DNA of 62,664 bases, the filler included, from Circinaria calcarea (taxonomy: Eukaryota), in NCBI GenBank assembly GCA_051942165.1. It is 9 parts of 9 records of this genome, joined end to end, with 100 filler letters (N's around TTAATTAATTAA, not from the genome) between each part and the next. Parts side by side here need not be neighbours in the genome. Positions count along the whole stretch, not along the records: positions 1 to 6,895 come from JAVECS010001464.1; positions 6,996 to 13,874 come from JAVECS010001465.1; 7 more parts are not named here. One strand, 5' to 3'. The notes under the pieces were generated by a model that worked only from the letters and a program-made list of their open reading frames with translations, was not told the DNA's origin and made no database searches. How positions within the stretch are numbered: position 1 is the first letter of the stretch; each line of letters starts with the position of its first letter. A program made the position numbers and the translations under genes. This document shows, one piece after another, positions 1 to 12,404 of this stretch.

Positions 1-188
1 GATACTGTTTGTATGAATGAACTCCCATGATTGCACATTAAGGCTGAAAGGCTTCTGGTACAGAGGCCGCCTCCGGTATCAGAAGGCTAGAGTGATTCAG
101 TATTGTTTCTGCCTACCAGTCTCGCTGCTGATGAAAAGTTCCTTTCTATTTAGAGCAGATCGAGAGAGCATCATCTACCTCCCCCATC

Positions 189-2492
189 TCACCCATAGAA
201 GCGCCCACCATTATGGCCGTTGGCAACCTTAGTCGTACCGTTACTGAGCGGCATGCGCTGTTCGGTTAAGCGATTCCAGACCTCCAGAATTTCTGCGCGC
301 CGCGCTGGCAACATAGAGTATTGTAAGCTATATAAATTCTTACGATGGATGGGTGGTATGAATTGGCCCGTGGCTAGATACAATACCACACTCGGTGACA
401 TGTAATGCCTCCGAATGCGTTGGGCAAGTTGGAAATATTGGTCAAAAATGGCTCGTAGAGATAACGGCACCGACTATTGCAGCACATTAACATAGCTAAA
501 GCCATACATAACCAAGAGAAACGGACCTTGAGTATTATGTACGAGACTGGAGGAATCTCGTTTATCTGAATAGAATGCAATGTAACACAGGGGGTATCGA
601 GCAGTTCAAAACAAACGCCACCTGGATTAACATGAGTAAGAGTTCTTTCCGCTACTACGGGAATGACTCACCAGGTAGACGCCGCGAGTCTTTCAATCGA
701 AGCATCAATGCGAAAAGTGGAAAGTGATTGAGACACGCCAGCAAGGTGTCCAACGCAGCCTTTAGCGTGATGATCACCATTCTCGCGGATGCGAAAGTAA
801 GGTAAAACACGAAAACTGTTGGTAAGAGGAAGAATAAGAGGGTGAATAGGATCGTCCCTAACAGTAATTGATCAAGATCATAGTCACACGAGTCGATCCG
901 ATTCCGCAACACATTATGCTTCTTGCCGCGAAAGAGATGGAAAAGCGAGATGAGGATGGTCCACTGCCAGTGGAAGATCCGAGCCGATGCTACATAGAAG
1001 GAGTAGATGTGGATCGTCAAAAGCGAGAGCAGATCTGAAAAGAGAGCTATTGGCATAGTGGCTCCTGCAAAGCTTGAGAAGCCGATGAAGTATATGATAT
1101 GGGGAAGAATCGGTCTAAAGTTATCAACGCAAGCTGTAGTCGTTAGCGCTTGAAATAGTACTGTATCAGCTGATCTAGAGAACGTACTGGACCAGTACTG
1201 AATGACCCAAAGAAAGAGACCTCCAAGAAAGTTGGCCAGTTCAGTATTCAGTTTCAGACCAGCCGGCCAATCCGTTAACCAAACGATTCTTTCTTGCAAC
1301 CCCACCAGTGTCCAGGCAGTTAATGCGGCATTGATCTGGGTTGCTACCAAGTCGGCGTTATCAATAATGTATGAGCCTAGGGCAATACCGATAATCACAT
1401 CATTCGCCACAAGCCAGAGACTGTTGTAGAAGCGGATATACTCGGGATGCCTGTCTGTTACACTTTCCCAGTCGTCTCGTCTCTTGCGCAATGTCGTGTA
1501 CTGGATTGGCCAATAGCAAAACTGTTGTAGGCGGATGTCGACCTGTTGAGCCGTCGCGGATATATCTTTTAACGCTGCAGCCTCTGGGCGAACGCGCCAA
1601 TCTAGGACGCGAAGAATCACTTCGGCGACAAAGCGATGGCATATCAACCCGATGATGAATGCTCTGGTCAATACCGGATAGACCCATGCTGTAATGACCT
1701 GCCATATGCGGAAAACCGCATAATCCCAGATCGTGGTAGCAGATTCCACCACTCTCTCACTGACACTCAAAGTTCGCCGCTGTCTGGGCCCTATCACGCT
1801 AATATTTTTCAACAGCAACTGCTCGAGTTCAAGTGAAGAATTGATCTGGACAAGAATATGAGAGAGTGCTTCTTTCTGCGCGGGTGCATTCATAACCACG
1901 GAATGTAAGCGAAGTTTGTCGATCAGTCGTGACTTCGAGTCTATGTGAGTTTCTGTAGCATGCGATATACCTCCATTGACGGATGATGACGGTATACTGC
2001 CCAGCGCTAAGGATATCGGCTCCAGGGACATGTATTGCATTTTCGTTGGAGAGGGCCGGTCGAATATAATGACTTGAACAGAGATTTCATGATCACTGCG
2101 GCAGAAAATCTGCGGCGAAGGTGATGAAGGACTAGTGTAGGCGTATAGTTTTGAATGGTCGAAGCTGCATGGCTTTGTTGGTGAGTTTGTGACGCCTAGG
2201 ACTTGCATCGATACTTTCCCACATAATCGAAATATCCGGTCAATTGGGTGTGGGCTGTTGCGGAATAGTGTACGAGCTCGAAGGGCATTTTCAATCCGAC
2301 GTGGCTAGGATTCGATGGTTAAAATTGTTCGGGAGGCCGTGAATGAGGGTACTCTACCTCAACATCTTCTAGTATCGAGACGACGAAGATATCTAAGTCA
2401 GAATTCCTCCACCCCACAATGGTGCCTTGTAGCTCACTTCGAGGTGCATCAGATGGCCAGAATACCCTCAAAAGCCCATCGGCACCGACCAT
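189..2492 (-). CDS. GPI1: GPI-GlcNAc transferase subunit Gpi1 (PIG-Q), multi-exon
   Basis: Starts MVGADGLLRVFWPSD...GTIVGWRNS at ATG 2492. Carries Gpi1 core motifs QQVDIRLQQFCYWP, YIRFYNSLWLVANDVIIG, WPAGLKLNTEL, FHLFRGKKHNVLRNRIDSCDYDLDQLLLGTILFT and LNHFPLFALMLRLKD. The last exon ends at stop 189. Confidence 0.93.
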
Positions 2493-2511
2493 ACTGACAT
2501 TGTCGTCACAG

Positions 2512-2901
2512 TCAGAACGACCCACGACGCCTCAACTGTTCTCGTGCCGATATACCGCCCTCAATAGATCTAGGATGCTGAAAGGTAATTCAGCAATCAA
2601 TCAGCATATAACAGTGAGAGTACCCAATACCAGCGTAGATTCTCTAGCTGCGACCCGCTCGACCGGTATGATGAAAAGTAAGAAGAATATCGAGAGTATG
2701 GCAAAACCTTTTGCTGCCCGAGTCTGTTCGTTCGTGAGCCTTTACGAGGACCCATGACTACGTTTGACAATGCAAACTTACGACAACACTATGATCCCAG
2801 GCGAAGATAGCAAGTTCGTACAGTCGTGTCACGAGATCCCAGCGCGCGGTAATATAGCCAGCAACAAAGATTCCAAGGGTGAGTACAGAGAAAGGGTGCA
2901 T
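2512..2901 (-). CDS. Small 92-aa spliced membrane protein immediately upstream of GPI1
   Basis: Exons 2901-2782, 2723-2631 and 2577-2512, separated by two phase-0 introns (GTAAGT..CAG and GTATTG..CAG). Spliced product: MHPFSVLTLGIFVAGYITARWDLVTRLYELAIFAWDHSVVTRAAKGFAILSIFFLLFIIPVERVAARESTLHPRSIEGGISAREQLRRRGSF*. Confidence 0.8.
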
Positions 2902-4041
2902 TAATGGGGGTCTTGTGTTCTCTACATCGACTGCAGATAGTGAACTGGTAGTTCGGGAGTAATTGTTCAATGTAGACTGTCGCTGAGAAAATGGAAAGAT
3001 TGATGAAGACAACCAGAAGACGGGTAGATTTCCAGAGCTATCTGATTTTTACCGCATACTCTCTGATCCCTTGGTGTCTATCAAATCCATCGGATAGAGT
3101 TTGTCGGAATAATGTTTGCAGCGTAGCCTCATCATCCAAGATCTACGACATGGGGCTGATGGACATGGTGAGAAAAACAAGCTTTCTCGGCTGCGCTAAT
3201 GATACTCTATTCCATTGTTGACACGCGGTTCCCGCATTCCGTACATACCCTTATCTTGCTGGGTAAGGTACCTATCCAACAAGACAGGAGATGCTTCACT
3301 ATGGGACAATGAACAATGGCCAGAGGTGGAGCTGTCAGCTTGCATCTCACTTGAGTTGACTGTTCTAAAATTCAGAGCCCTATGAAGTCTTGAAGGGGTG
3401 TCACAGGATCACAGAAACTTGGCTTCACGGCCGCCTCATATGCTCTATATCTACTTCCTTTGTATTGTCTCTCGCCTCCTCGATCATCTTGTCTATCCCT
3501 CGGTCTTTCAAGGCTTTCTGAGAAACTGTCAACTAAATTGATGAAGGGTGAGTAAGTGAAAGAACAGACAGTCAAGCATGCCTGGTACTGCTTGAACAGC
3601 GGTTCGCACTCATCGGTTGAAGCGTTACCCCGTAGGAATTCTATCTCTTTTTCAGCACGGGGCGACGGCGAAAGGTATCATTCGGTAGATCTGACTTTCA
3701 CTGTACCACTTTAGAAAGCAGCTGTCATAACGTCTTGTAAAACTTAGTAGATTTCTCCCTTGTAGATATTCTAAGGGGTCGATAATTTACGTACTCTTTG
3801 ACATCGTTGCATTCTGGTGCAGCTGATGCTGACATGCTGTGGTCGTTTCCTTTAAGTCACGAAAACGTGATCACCTTTGCTAAAATTGATCCCCGGGAGC
3901 TGAGGCTCTGATCGGCGGTAAACCTTATATTTGCCCGACCTCGCTCCGATATCGATATCCTTGCACACCTTATTTCGCAATTTTGAGATTTCGAGAGGAT
4001 GAGCTAACGTCTTCAAACAGCGTAGCAAGCACAACACCTAG

Positions 4042-6699
4042 ATGAATGCCGAAGGATTCAAGTCCGTCCAGGACGCCATATCGGCTTGTCTAGTCGATAC
4101 TACGCGAACAGCAGGCCAGGTTGCCGCAGAGGATCTTGCGTTCCAGCGCTCATCCAATCCATCGGTGGCGCACTTGCTTGATAGGCAAAATGCACGCCTC
4201 CTAAACCTCGCGCAGAAACTGATCAGCAATGCCGCGTCAGGAAGTGGAGTCGCGGTCCCTCGGCTTTTGGACGCGGATGCGGTAGATGAACATTGGAGAG
4301 GAGTCGTGGATGTTGTGGACAACCTATTGGAGAAGGCAGATGCCTGCTTGGATGAGTATACTGGGGTTATCAAACGTCTGAGTCCTTCTCGAAGGGAGGA
4401 CCCGACATCCCGCCCTGCTCTACGAAAACCGAGACTAGGTCTTGCCTACCGGGACAAGGATCTTCCAAAGCCCCAATTGCTGTTCAATAACATTCCTACA
4501 AATGATGAAGCTGCAGCATTCAAGCCATTACTACGTACAAAGCCTCATGCAACAGTGCCTCTTGAACATAGTCTGGGACCAACAGTATCCGAAGATGGTT
4601 TCAAGCAGTATGACACTCAAGTTCATTTGACTATCTGAATCAATCTACCACGATGAAGAAACTGATTCGCACTTTTTAGTTACAAGCATCCCTATGAGAG
4701 TGAAATTATACAATCTTCCTACCCCTCCTCAGTCTACGAAAAAGCCGATCCTATCCCATACCTTCCTTTCGATTCCACTGAAGCTGTTTTTGTTGATACC
4801 TTCGAGGGTGTAATGTCTATGCTTGCAGAGTTAAAAACCGCAAAGGAGATAGCGGTCGACCTAGAGCACCATGATACGCATTCGTATAGCGGTCTGGTGT
4901 CGCTAATGCAAATCAGTACGAGGGACAAAGACTGGGTGGTAGATACGCTTAAACCTTGGAGAGAAGATCTCCAGATTCTGAACGAGGTTCTCGCAGACCC
5001 CGGTATACTCAAGGCACGTACACCGAAAGGGCAAAATCTTTGTTCTATATGCTAAAATTAATTTCTAGGTTTTTCATGGGGCAACTTCTGATATGGTCTG
5101 GCTGCAAAGAGACCTCGGCCTTTACGTTGTTGGCTTGTTCGACACGTATCATGCTTCACACTCCTTGGGCTACCCAAAACATAGTCTAGCCTCACTCCTC
5201 CATAAGTTTGCGAATTTTGACGCGCAGAAGAAGTATCAGACGGCGGACTGGCGGATACGGTTTGCTAAGTTCGGACACATTTCCTTGTGCCGCTGCTAAT
5301 TTGTTTCTCTTGTAGCCCACTTCCCGAGGAAATGTTCAAGTATGCTCGTTCAGACACACACTTTCTTCTTTATGTCTATGACAACATGCGCAACGAACTA
5401 ATCGAAAAGTCCAAGGATGACCAGTCGGATGGTAACTTGATTGACGTCGTATTAGAGAACTCCAAGAAGGAGAGCCTGCAGCGATATGAGCGACCGTTTT
5501 ACGATGCGGAACGTGGGACGGGGGCCAACGGCTGGTACTATATGCTAATGCGAACACCGGGTCTATTTACAAATGAACAATTCGCTGTCTTCCGAGCGAC
5601 TCATCAATGGAGGGACAGTCTTGCCCGACAAGAAGACGAAAACGTTCACGTGATTATGCCCAAGGCCGTCTTATTTAATATTGCTAGAGAGATGCCTGTG
5701 GACATGCCTACGTTGCTTGGGTGCTCCCGCCCGGTATCTGAACCGTTGCGTTTGCATATCGAGGAACTACTCGAGGTAATCAAACAAGCTAAAGCTCGGG
5801 GGCGACAAGAGCCAGACTCGAAGGAGTTTATGAAGTCTTATCCACCGAATGTTGAACAAGCTATAGGAAGCACTTTCCAGGGTCGATATCATCCGACACG
5901 GAATCCTCCCACCGTGCAAGCATCAGATTCTACTCGGATTGGACAAACCGCTATCTCCGTCCGGTCTGGCACATCTCGCTTTTGGGGAACGACAGCTGGC
6001 ACCAGCTCGTTGCATCCTCCCAAGGGAAAGGAAACAGATCTGCTAATGCGGGAAATGCGACTTGCAATTCCACTCCCCCAGCTTAGCGCTCAAGTCATCG
6101 GCATTGTAAGTAGCAGCGATAGAGCCGACATCGCTACGACCCTTGCAGAAGCTCCCACTCGTGCTGAGCATCAGTACACTAAAGACCGGAAGCCTGTGGA
6201 GAAGAGTGTCTTCGTTATCAAAGAATTAGGAGGGTCTCGCAAACGAAAGGCCGCAGAACTAGAGGAGGCCCAACATCCTGTTCCATCCATGCCCTCGGGG
6301 TCGGGAGGAGACAGCGTTCGGGCTTCTGTCGGTCATGAAGACGATGCGGATGCATCGGCCTTTTCAGGGACCGCAGAACAAGCAGCCATAGAAAAGGCTG
6401 AACAAAAGGCCGAACGGAAGGCCGAGCGGAAGGCGCAGAAAAGGGTTGAGAAGTCGCACCGGAAGAGGCAAGAAACGAAGCAGATCAATGGTTTAAACGA
6501 AAATGGGGCACACGTTGGGGAAGAAGAAGCATTCGATTATGGGAGTGCTCCTTCGGTGCTTCATGCGACGCGCGACAACCATGATCGGAAAGGACCCAAG
6601 AAAGCATTTGATCCGTACTCCAAGTCATTGGATGCTCCTAAAGGCATGAGGCAGTCCAGAAAGGAGATTGCAGGCAAGAGCTTCACATTCAAGAGCTGA
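4042..6699 (+). CDS. RRP6: Nuclear exosome 3'-5' exoribonuclease Rrp6, multi-exon
   Basis: PMC2NT-like N-terminus. DEDDy exonuclease motifs [43 protein letters not shown] and [18 protein letters not shown] motif [13 protein letters not shown]. Confidence 0.95.
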
Positions 6700-6895
6700 G
6701 ATTAGAGCCTGTATCGGGGGGCATTTCCGTCCTTGGTGGATCCCCGAAAAGTATAACGATGATTCTAGAGCATGCATCAAGCACATAGATGTTGCTCTTG
6801 CAAGACGCCCTGATGTACACGGCGCCACCCGTGCCATAGGCTAATCCCGTCCCTTGTTACCTCCACCGCAGAGGATCGGCCATTGTGTGTGGCAT

Positions 6896-6995
6896 NNNNN
6901 NNNNNNNNNNNNNNNNNNNNNNNNNNNNNNNNNNNNNNNTTAATTAATTAANNNNNNNNNNNNNNNNNNNNNNNNNNNNNNNNNNNNNNNNNNNN
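6896..6995. other. Artificial contig linker
   Basis: 100 nt of N with a central TTAATTAATTAA (stops in all frames). Confidence 0.98.
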
Positions 6996-7039
6996 TGATT
7001 TATGACTAATGGTTGCGTATTAAATAAGCAATTTGCTGA

Positions 7040-7088
7040 TTTTCGAGGTGGTTTTTCGAGGTGGTTTTTCGAGGTGGTTTTTCGAGGG
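7040..7088. repeat. 13-bp tandem repeat (TTTTCGAGGTGGT), about 3.7 copies
   Basis: Read directly near the contig start. Confidence 0.85.
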
Positions 7089-7249
7089 CCCGAGATTCCA
7101 AAAAGTGGTGTTCGTTTTGGAACAGGATTTTACATACGAGGGTAGAAGCTCCCCTCCGATCGCAAAGACAACTGCTGCCTCGTACATTTGGATTGTCTTC
7201 TCGGTTCTGCTGTCTGAAGCCGGGCGGAAGCCCCATCTTTGGACTCAGA

Positions 7250-8750
7250 TGGTATCTACACTACTAGACCTAAGGAAAAGGACCATGTCGTAGTCTCTGA
7301 TGGGATATGAGTCATCCGGAGGACCCAACGGATCGTTCCGCTTTGCTATGTTCTTGACCTCGTGTTTGCCCAGAAGATGCATCATCGGGCTTTGGCATAC
7401 GCCGAGACACTGGATGCGCTCAAGGTCCGGAGAGACATGACATGGCTCAACGAAACCGCCAATCTGTTTTACTCCGTCTGCTGCGCCCAGAATTGGCGAC
7501 AATGCACTTAAAGTAGAAATAAGTGCAAGCCTGATGCTGGAATCAGAGTTCGGGAATTGATGGTCAGGTCCCTCCAATCTGGTCCACGACATCGGGGTTG
7601 CAATCCGTCATCATTTAAATCATGAGCTATGCGGTAGAGGTCCAGGTAAGATCAACCGCAGCGATCAAAACCTGCTCACTGCGCTTTGTTCCCCTATTGG
7701 CATGTCCTTGGCGTAGTACTCGTTCACAACCCGCTCAACTTCCAGAAGGTTCGGCCACTTCATCTCCTGCGCCACATGCTTCAGCAAACCAAGCTGAGAA
7801 GATTTCCGACGTGGAGCCCATCGTACGAGTCTTCCATGTTTTCGTCATCTTTCGTTGTTACTTCTATGTTCTATAGCCAGCGCTGAGCAAGTGCAACGTC
7901 CCAAATAATCTTAATCGGTGGATTCGCAATACATAGCTTCCGCTCCTCTGCTGTAGTTTTGACCAGTTGTACATAGTGGGAAACTTCTATACTGAGCAAA
8001 AAGTGAAGGAGAACCGGAATGAGAGATCTGTATTCTTTGTTTTTAAAGACCTTCCAATAACCTGATCCTCAGAGATAGTGAAGACGATGTTATACTGCGC
8101 GAAAACTCATATCTCTTATCCTAGCAACGGGAATTGCTTACCCCTCGGCAACTGCAGCGACAGATACACCAGCAATCTGTTTGGTGTTACTGTACCTGGT
8201 ATGCGACTAAGGCAGACCCTCATGCTCGGCTGGTCGAGACTTATGTGGGGCTCAGTAGGTTTCTTCTAAGAGGAGAGACATGATCGATATCATCAGGGAA
8301 GGTATGGGCCCAGTGGAATAGTCTTTGTTGCACTGAACGTGGAAATAGCGATATCGTTGTCGCGAATGCTGGGCCAATCACATTCCCATAAAAGGAAGTA
8401 GCAGCGCGAAAGATGGCTGCCGACGCAAGGTGGAACGAGAGCTTAGCATTATTCTTGGGTAGCATGCTTCGTTTAACGTCTTGGGGACTTGGCATCGATC
8501 CGCAACATGTATAGCTGTTCGAGAAGGATGACATGGGAACAGTACTGGGATCTTGCGAGCCGAGTGGATTGGTGTTGTGACGATGGTATGATTCATCTGG
8601 AAAGTAATCTTGCCGACGTTCACCGGGTCCGCCAGAGTCATTCTCTGACTGTTAGTCAGAGAATCGATTGTAGTCCATAAAACGACTGCTATACCTTGGG
8701 GATGGGGAAGGTGGGACATCAAATGTTACTTTTACCTATCTTCTCCTCTG
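7250..8750 (-). pseudogene. Possible decayed spliced gene of unknown family
   Basis: Intron-like signals (GTATAG..CTAAC.AG near 8695-8650; GTAAGC near 8141). Protein-like fragments sit in different frames (RAATSFYGNVIGPAFATT; LLKHVAQEMKWPNLLEVERVVNEYYAK) and are broken by stops. Confidence 0.3.
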
Positions 8751-9477
8751 CCAGTATGATGGGGTGATTTGATAAATGGACTACTTCGATACATATACGC
8801 GAAGTCTGAGAAACAGCAAAAGTGAGAGAAGTAAGAGAGAGGTGAAGTTAGATTGCAATGCATAGGTCCGTGACTGTGAACGTAGCTAATTTGGGGAGTT
8901 TATAATGGCTGGTGATATTAACTGTATACGGCAAATCTCCCTTAGTTGAAGACCTCCGCTCGACTTAAGCTAGTACAAGAACTAGAGACACAAAATATTT
9001 CCCTGAAGGATGACAGTCCACTTAAAACCAAGGGTAGAAAACGAGGGAACTTGAAAACCCTTTGGAGAGAGCCAACGTTAGTATATGTGCCATCAGAAAG
9101 ACCGAATTTGAATAAAACTGTTTCGATTCGCGACTCGCGACCCATTCAATACCTGTTTATCACCTATCGATAGCTGAAGGTATACTGGAGTTTCTCAGGG
9201 GGAAAGGACAGCTCGTCTGGGTATATCGCGTCCAGCAGGATAGCTGCGGCCAGGAGCTAGAAGACGTATGGCAGAAGCTCTGCATTGTGCAAGCTTCTAT
9301 AGTCCTGTCAAGGAATACGCCTACCTTGTTTCGAGTAGTGCTATCAAGGTTAATTAATCGAACCTCTCAGCTAGCTCGATTTTACATGGCTTGCTACACC
9401 GGACATATTTTCTGACAGCACCTGAAGCACGTACTATAATTGCAGATACTCACTCTAAGCGGAAGACCTTTGTCGAA

Positions 9478-12072
9478 TTAATGACCCGACGCTAACATCT
9501 GCTGATTGATGTTATCGTAGTGATATCTGCTCGTGTGATTTGACAGCTCCATCCAATTTGTTCCTTGGACAGCCACTCGGTACTATTATGCGTCAATGTG
9601 ACTGTATCGAGAGCAGAGGCTTCTTCCTACCTTGAAACCAAAATTCAAGCACAAAGCCACAATGAGACTTATGCATATCACCACAGGACCAGCGGCATTA
9701 TCAAAGTCCTTTCCACTCCTTTGCTCTATCATACGGCTACGGACAATAAATATCCACCATCCCCAAACCCCAGCAGATACAGCAATGAGAGTATAGGCGA
9801 TGGCCAAGCCACGAGCCACTGGATTTGATTCGCCGGCTGCGTTGTATAGACCCAATGATAATGAAGCAAGCAACACTGAAATATGGCACCATTTCACAAA
9901 CGTGCGCTACACTGCTGTTATTGACGGAACATATGACCCTTGAAGTTATTGTACATACCTGATTCGCAAGCCAGACTTTAGGTTCAACACGAATAGGATC
10001 TAGATCTTTGCTAGGTTGACCAGGCTCACGCACTCCTGGTGGTAGAACGTTCTTCGAGGCCAGACGCGCGCGAGCATATTTCGATGTTGAAAACAAGGGA
10101 AATAACGAGCGCAGACCGTGCGATGTTCCTGATTGAAGGGAATTTGCTTGGGGATCATCATCATCCGAATCTTCTTCCTCCACTACTTTGTCAACACCAG
10201 GCTTCGGTTTGGATGAGGATTCGAGCGAGATGTCACTACGTCGGCCATTTGGAGCAATCATGAAGGAGGCCTGTTTACCCGCAGGTGATCCAACAGCAGC
10301 TTTGAAGGAGGACGCCGACTTTGACCCAAGGAAGCTGCCAACGGCAAGATCATCTTCTGCTCTGCGAGCCTTCTTCTCTTGTTCCTCTTGAAATGCTTCT
10401 CCGGGATCTTTCCTGATGTCGGTCTCCAGGTAAGAAAGCCAGAACGGGAAACTATTAACATAGTCCTCGAATAATTGGGCAATACCGTGCACAAATTTCG
10501 AGAACCGCGGGGCCTCTTTCAAAAGGTGCGAAGACATCAGCTCGTCAACCCACTCATTCGTTCTCTTCCTTACACCATCCCTTACTTTAATCTCCAACAG
10601 GGCATACGGGAACCGTGCGATCTCACCCTTTGCGAGGCTAGTGAATGGAAATTCCATATTCGCACAGTCTATGTCACTGCGATGCCACTCGTCTGGGTTT
10701 CGGCATGGCTGGTCAACATTCCAGGAGTCCTCCCGTATTAAAGCCAGATTCGTATCAATAGAGATTCGCACCCCGTTATCACCTGGAATTTGAAACGCTG
10801 TACGTGTATAGTTTGCTCGAAGGACAGGCTGAAGCTCATGCTCTCGTATAAAGCTTGAAAGTTCTTCAATGTTAGTTTGAAAGCGCTTTACTTCCTCTCC
10901 GTTGTCCCCTTGTCGGTCCCTGAGCTTCTTCAGGCTCTTCCCCATTTGATAATCACCCTTGAGGAACGAATTGATGTACTTTTTTTTGATAGGGAAGCGT
11001 ATTTCCTCACTGGACTCGTCATCCTTGAGGGTCTTCTTCTCCAGCAATATCTCTGTCTTATCTTCTAAGTGACCAAACCAGCGTAATCGAATTGACGACG
11101 CAGGTGCAGCTTTGTTCACTTTACGGTTGTACAGTGAGAAGTTCGAATTGTCAAAATACAAGGACGTGATAGTAGGATCATCTTGGTGGCCTTCCACAAC
11201 TTTAGACGTTTGAGGATTGTAAAGTAAAACAGGCAAACGACGAAGGATGTAAGTCTTGACTTCCAGAAGATTCTCAGGGTGAACCCAAACTAGACCGCAA
11301 TGATTAGCCCCGAATATTGCATGCACTGGAAGTTTCCAACATTTATGTGATTTGTACTCATCTCCTCCTGGCTTAGAGTCTGAAAAAGATTGTGTTCGGT
11401 CGGTGTGACCGTTCAGATTTTGCCGCACGAAGGAATACATAGCGGAGAGCCTCAAGACCAAGTTATCAAGACTGTTCGGAGCATGAAGGCTGTGTGCACC
11501 TTTACTCACCGGTATAACAAAGGGGAATAGTCCTCGGCGTTGAAGGGGAGCGCCGCGAGACGTACCTGGAGCAGGGGGCGAACTTTGTAATTTGAGCCAC
11601 GCTTCCGGTCATGCTTTTTCGCAGCCTTCAGGAAGCCAGTGTAATTGATGCGGCTGTATTTTTCTAGCTCGCTGATCTCCCTACTAATGTCGTCTAGCTC
11701 TCCAAGTATATCGTTCAACTCTTTTTCCTTGTTTTCTTTGACTGCGGTATCAATGCTCCCAGCTGGCTCATTTCCCTGCGCCACCAATGGCTCTAACCTC
11801 GCTTCGAACTTTGAAGTACGCTCCCGTAAGGCACTATACGTATCCGCCTGGAATGCGTTGACCTTCTCCAACTGCACATTCACCAATTCTTCAACAAAAG
11901 CACCTTCGTCTGCCTCCGTCCAGATCTTGTTTCGGTTTCCAAGCTTCCCTCGAGATCCATCGTCGGCGGCGTTATCGTCATCCCGGAGTAACCTTTTCAG
12001 CTTCACGTAATCGATATAGTTCAATTTCCAAGGCTGATAAATGGATTTCTTTAGGGTTTCTTCAAAACGCAT
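9478..12072 (-). CDS. Vacuolar transporter chaperone (polyphosphate polymerase complex) subunit, Vtc2/Vtc3-type: SPX + VTC + DUF202
   Basis: SPX: MRFEETLKKSIYQPWKLNYIDYVKLK and LEKYSRINYTGFLKAAKKHDRK. VTC: WVHPENLLEVKTYILRRLPVL, ITSLYFDN, IRLRWFG, YTRTAFQIPG, FPYALLEIK, RFSKFVHG. C-terminal RVEPKVWLANQ followed by transmembrane segments. Confidence 0.92.
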
Positions 12073-12404
12073 GACGGATGAGGACACGAGAGCGCAATGA
12101 TTGGAAGGTGTATTAACAGTAACAGGAGGAATAGATTTACAAGAACCAACCACAGCTCATTAATAGACGCCAGTATCGCATCATACTCGATCAAAAAGAT
12201 ATGACGTGAGCGTGAAGCCTGAGATAAGAAACTTGGAATCTATCTGAGGTGTAGTGACGGCGTTGTAAACACTTACCTTCATTAACTCTCAACGTCCATT
12301 CCCCACAAGCCTCGGGAGTTTTTTTCTCCGTCCCGACGATCACTTAGGCGTTCCGTTCCTCCCGTACAATTTAGATATATCTAGCAACCTGGGGTTCCGA
12401 TGCA

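Noticed and set aside
2319..2577. Readthrough or programmed-frameshift fusion of the small ORF with GPI1
   Set aside because: The frames differ, so readthrough cannot fuse them. I see no recognisable slippery heptamer, and GPI1 has its own typical N-terminus.
4600..5320. Apparent frameshifts or split ORFs in RRP6 (likewise VTC, RAD4, noxR, GMC)
   Set aside because: They are explained by short spliceosomal introns with normal splice signals.
6896..6995. Recurrent TTAATTAATTAA palindrome
   Set aside because: It is embedded in N runs of fixed total length 100, so it is a synthetic linker.
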